Notes under the pieces: generated by a model
What the model saw: the letters and a program-made list of their open reading frames with translations, nothing else
Databases searched by the model: none
Told to the model about the DNA's origin: nothing
Virus record (IMG/VR): IMGVR_UViG_3300028805_000099
Source of the DNA: an uncultured virus (IMG/VR IMGVR_UViG_3300028805_000099)
Lineage: Duplodnaviria > Heunggongvirae > Uroviricota > Caudoviricetes > Crassvirales
Strand: one strand, 5' to 3'
Length of the DNA: 20,000 nt
Program-made: the position numbers and the translations under genes
Shown: piece by piece, positions 16,442 through 20,000 of the stretch
Layout of the letters: each line of letters opens with the position of its first letter
How positions within the stretch are numbered: position 1 is the first letter of the stretch

Positions 16442-17464
16442 TTATTTATTTAACCATTCTATAATATCATTAGGCTCATCTAATTTTATTCCAATAGGGA
16501 CTCTTGGTTTTTCACTAAGATAATACCAAAGTTCAGTTGCAAGCTTTCTCCAATTAGGTAACTTGTATTCTCCATAATTACAATCTGTAACATCCTTAGT
16601 TCCTTTAAATTCCCAAACAAGAGGAGTTCTTGTACCATTACAAATTACTATGAACTGATAGTCTGCAATCTTGAAATCCTTAAAGTAATCATCCTTTTCA
16701 ATATTTTGCTTAATTAATTCATAGTAGAGCTGGGCCTGTATAGAGTAATTCCAAGCAATAAAGCTCTTATAAAACTGATGCTCAGGATGTCCTGATGTCT
16801 TAAGGTCATAAGGATAAATCACTTTATTCTCATAATCCGTAATTATCAAATCAGCCATGCAGCGCAAAGGAATACCATTATACTCTCCTTTAAATTTCAA
16901 CTGATAATAATGTTTGAGAGTGTCAGTATCTTCCCCAAACAACAATTTAGTATTAGGAGAAGTCTTTAATATTCTTACACAATCAAAAGCATCATTATAC
17001 TGTAACTGAGTAACAGGAGTCTTTCCATCTATTCTCTTTAGTTCATCATAATAAGGAGAACACTCTTTTATCTTCTTAACTCTTACATTATAGTACTTTG
17101 CATCAGTATAATATCCACAATTTACTGCTACATCTGAAAGTATTTGGTCAGGAATATCTTCTAAGCTATTATAAAATCCTTTATATATATCATATAAATT
17201 CTTTGTAATTTGTCTTAAGGTATCACTAAAACCAAAGTCTTGTACCAAAATAAATCTTTTGTTAAACTCTTCGATACTTCCAGTAAGTAAAGTATCTACC
17301 ATACTTCCAAAAACCAAAGAAGGAGTTTCTATCTTTTCAAATAATTTGTTTAACCCATCAAATCCTTCTCTTTCAAATCTGGATAGTGTAGAATATGAAA
17401 GTGCAGGGTCTGCCCTATATTCTTCTTCTGTAATGTTTAATGCTATATCTTTTAATTCTTTCAT
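16442..17464 (-). CDS. PD-(D/E)XK exonuclease (RecE/ExoVIII-like)
   Basis: LSYS.L, FGS.VD, ADLI...DLKT, Y..QAQLY. Confidence 0.8.
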   Translation of the reverse strand: MKELKDIALNITEEEYRADPALSYSTLSRFEREGFDGLNKLFEKIETPSLVFGSMVDTLLTGSIEEFNKRFILVQDFGFSDTLRQITKNLYDIYKGFYNSLEDIPDQILSDVAVNCGYYTDAKYYNVRVKKIKECSPYYDELKRIDGKTPVTQLQYNDAFDCVRILKTSPNTKLLFGEDTDTLKHYYQLKFKGEYNGIPLRCMADLIITDYENKVIYPYDLKTSGHPEHQFYKSFIAWNYSIQAQLYYELIKQNIEKDDYFKDFKIADYQFIVICNGTRTPLVWEFKGTKDVTDCNYGEYKLPNWRKLATELWYYLSEKPRVPIGIKLDEPNDIIEWLNK

Positions 17465-17718
17465 ATACTAAATTCTTCGTCACAAAAATCATTGATATAA
17501 CCATATCCAACATTAGTTTCTTCTTCAATATCAGGTAATGAATTAGCATTTGCATACTTTGCAACCATGTCGGATAGTTCTCTAACCTTGAGTTCAAAAG
17601 ACTCTACAATTTCCAATAGTCTTTCAAAATCTCTTTGTTCTATACACATTTGACAAATTTTTTTATCCTTCTCAGGCAGCAACTTAAGTTGCTTCTAAAT
17701 CTATTCAAGCATTTTCAT
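17461..17718 (-). CDS. Hypothetical protein, 85 aa if two in-frame TAGs are read through
   Basis: ATG AAA ATG CTT GAA TAG ATT TAG AAG CAA CTT AAG TTG... is in frame with track ORF 17461..17682; ATG 17718 overlaps the upstream TGA. Confidence 0.7.
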
Positions 17719-18197
17719 TCTGTATAATTTTTAATAATGTTAATAGCTTCAAGTGTTTCTTTCTTTGTTCTTACTACAAAATAGAAAGTTTTGGACATCT
17801 TCTCCAATAAGCTTACAAATAACTTTTTCTTTAATGGGAAAGTCTCATTAACTTTTCCTTTGGCTTCTATTATGACAGTAATGCCATTATAATCAAAGAT
17901 AAAATCTGGGGTATATTTTATATCTATGATTTTATCAGTTTCTTGATGAAAAGAACCTGATTCTGTTTTATTTTTCCTGTCATACACCTTAGATGTAGGT
18001 TTAAAGCCTTTCCACAATACAAAAGTTGTAGGTTCATATTTAGGATTCATTCCATTTTTTACTAGGGTTTCATATACCATTACTTCAAGCTTTGATTTGA
18101 AATGTATCCCATACTTTACTATCTTTGTAGCATTCTTTATTTTCTTATTTTCCTGCTTGTCCTCTTTTTTCTTCCTATTGTTTTTTCTAACTACCAT
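17715..18197 (-). CDS. PD-(D/E)XK endonuclease (T7 endonuclease I/DUF1064-like, possible resolvase)
   Basis: FKSKLE...YEP...YTPDF...IEAKG. Confidence 0.8.
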   Translation of the reverse strand: MVVRKNNRKKKEDKQENKKIKNATKIVKYGIHFKSKLEVMVYETLVKNGMNPKYEPTTFVLWKGFKPTSKVYDRKNKTESGSFHQETDKIIDIKYTPDFIFDYNGITVIIEAKGKVNETFPLKKKLFVSLLEKMSKTFYFVVRTKKETLEAINIIKNYTE

Positions 18198-18829
18198 ATT
18201 AATTCAAAATTTCTATAGTCTTTAAGAATTGTTTCAGTCTCCCTAAACACTTTATCAGGCATATCAACATTATTTCTTGCATACCAAGAAGGATGCTTTT
18301 CTTTTAATATAAAGTTTCCTTCTTTATAAATTACATTCTCAAATGATTGAGCATCATTACCTAAGAGAATGAAAACCAATGCTCTGTCACTGATGGAGAC
18401 CTTATGCAAGAGTGAACTTACAAAAGGTCTCCATATCCAGCTATGAACTCCAGTCTTTCCTACCATAGTAGTTAGACTAGCATTTAATGGTAATATACCT
18501 TGATTACACCAATTAACTAAATCATAAGGAGGTTTACACTCTTTTCTAGTACTCTTTAATAGTACTTTAAGTGAAGGAGATACTTGTTTCACATCGTTAT
18601 TATTAGCAAATGCTATCCCAGTGGAAACTCCTCTTTGCGGATAGGGGTCTAATCCTAACAGAATAACCTTCAAATTATTATAATCACATAGATTAAATGC
18701 TTTGAAGATATTCTTATAGGAAGGACACAAATCCCTGATATTCAGTCTTTTTATTTCATCAAGTGCTTTATGCAAGAGATTGAAGTCAATTACCTTAGAC
18801 CAGTTGCAAAAATACTCAATCTCTGTCAT
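18191..18829 (-). CDS. ung: Uracil-DNA glycosylase (family 1)
   Basis: KVILLGLDPYP, G.AF, SPSL, W..QGI..LN..LT, LLG..A, HPS. Confidence 0.92.
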   Translation of the reverse strand: MTEIEYFCNWSKVIDFNLLHKALDEIKRLNIRDLCPSYKNIFKAFNLCDYNNLKVILLGLDPYPQRGVSTGIAFANNNDVKQVSPSLKVLLKSTRKECKPPYDLVNWCNQGILPLNASLTTMVGKTGVHSWIWRPFVSSLLHKVSISDRALVFILLGNDAQSFENVIYKEGNFILKEKHPSWYARNNVDMPDKVFRETETILKDYRNFELIW

Positions 18830-18841
18830 TGGAAATTTAAA

Positions 18842-19927
18842 TTAATTGTTATTTAATGTTTCCAACCTCTTAAGAATACTGTCATATGTTTGTTCCCTAG
18901 TAAGATGTGTTTCAATAATTGTATATCTATCAACATCTTCATTATTGATTTCTCCTTCATATGTAAGTTGTTTAAGATAAGCAACATCATTATATAAAGA
19001 ACATTCAGGTTCAATGACATCTCCATTTTCATCAAAATCAATCAATGCCACAGGGAAGTATTCACAGGTTCTCATCTTGCCGTATTGGTCTATAGTCGGC
19101 GTTGCAACCACGTTAGCAGGATTTACTAAAACTTGTAATCCAACAGCTCCATAATAATTGTTTTTAAGCCAACCTTTGGCCCCCACGTGCAAGCCTGATG
19201 AGCAGCTATGTTCTTGATTATCATCAACTTGCGCTCTAGGCATTCTTACAGGTTGTCCTAACTTAATTATAGTGGAATGACTATGTTGGTCAGTATACAC
19301 AGGAGAACCCGCTCCTTCATTAACAATTTCATTATAGATTTCTTCAAGGGTTTCTCCGTTGTTGATAATAATTTCCTTTGGGTTTGAATCCTTTACATAC
19401 TTTTCTTGATAGTAGGAATTAATTATAAACTTAACAAATTCAGTAGAATATTTTGATTCTTCCTTAATGTCTGCGTTTCTATATGCAATAATAAGACCAG
19501 CCTCAGTAAGTTTCATATCCCACTTTCTGATAAACCAGAATAAATTATTTCTTACCCTAGAGTCAGGATTCAATGAAACCAAAGTCCAGAAGTTCTTAAA
19601 CTTCTTAATTTCAGCTTCATTGCCTTCTTCTTCTGCTTCAAGAATCTTCTCAACAAAGTCGCTTGGAATACTTTGTTCTGAAATATCCAACATATACACA
19701 GAGTTTCCTCTTAATGTAAGGATGTTTGAATATTTCACTCTATCAGCTATAAGTTTTCCTCTCACTTCTTCTTTAGGAAGAAGTTCTTTTTTCACAGCCT
19801 CCTCATCGTTTTGGTTAGTAATAAGGAAGTTCCATAATTCATCAGTACAATCCCTAATTATTTGTGTACCATCAGAAAATATTACCTGTAAATTCCCATC
19901 TTTGCAAAATGCCTTAAAATTACTCAT
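18842..19927 (-). CDS. rIIB-like protein
   Basis: FW..L.LNP, G..IAYR, G..V.MPR..VD......CS.GLHVG, VNPA.VV..P......KMR.CEY. Confidence 0.8.
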   Translation of the reverse strand: MSNFKAFCKDGNLQVIFSDGTQIIRDCTDELWNFLITNQNDEEAVKKELLPKEEVRGKLIADRVKYSNILTLRGNSVYMLDISEQSIPSDFVEKILEAEEEGNEAEIKKFKNFWTLVSLNPDSRVRNNLFWFIRKWDMKLTEAGLIIAYRNADIKEESKYSTEFVKFIINSYYQEKYVKDSNPKEIIINNGETLEEIYNEIVNEGAGSPVYTDQHSHSTIIKLGQPVRMPRAQVDDNQEHSCSSGLHVGAKGWLKNNYYGAVGLQVLVNPANVVATPTIDQYGKMRTCEYFPVALIDFDENGDVIEPECSLYNDVAYLKQLTYEGEINNEDVDRYTIIETHLTREQTYDSILKRLETLNNN

Positions 19928-20000
19928 TATTTTCTTTGTTTAAGTTTGGTAATTGTTTTAAATCTAATCCTATTCTTGGGTGTTTACCCATCTTTTTATA
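19920..20000 (-). CDS. 3' end of upstream gene (possibly rIIA-like by position)
   Basis: One open frame YKKMGKHPRIGLDLKQLPNLNKENNE* overlapping the rIIB start; identity inferred from position only. Confidence 0.4.
   Translation of the reverse strand, partial: YKKMGKHPRIGLDLKQLPNLNKENNE

Noticed and set aside
3516..19041. Alternate-frame minus ORFs 3516..3731, 17415..17597, 18853..19041
   Set aside because: Nested in or largely overlapping better-supported genes, with no motifs.
292..19943. All plus-strand ORFs in the track (e.g. 3124..3603, 19467..19943)
   Set aside because: Antisense shadows of well-supported minus-strand genes; Phe/Ser/Leu-rich with no recognisable motifs.
1..20000. Suppressor tRNA or other tRNA gene
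   Set aside because: No intergenic space or cloverleaf seen; any recoding machinery must lie outside this window, so recoding is unproven here.

Overview
AT-rich phage DNA with all credible genes on the minus strand, tightly packed with ATGA/TAATG overlaps. Gene content and Bacteroidetes-type TAnnTTTG promoters suggest the replication and nucleotide-metabolism module of a crAss-like (Crassvirales-type) phage of Bacteroidales (inference). In transcription order: rIIB-like protein, uracil-DNA glycosylase, PD-(D/E)XK endonuclease, small ORF, PD-(D/E)XK exonuclease, nrdD split by a group I intron carrying a NUMOD4-HNH gene, nrdG, DUF3310, dUTPase split by a second group I intron, membrane-anchored retropepsin-like protease, family A DNA polymerase, RNA ligase plus PNK, a terminator, then a mosaic cluster of small accessory genes. 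Main result: four in-frame TAG codons in two otherwise intact reading frames point to amber (probably TAG=Gln) recoding. Two lie in an unannotated 273-aa Zn-finger/HNH homing endonuclease inside the dUTPase intron, whose frame runs through the ribozyme core. Two lie at the start of the gene at 17461-17718. This could act as a code-dependent switch on homing and possibly splicing.
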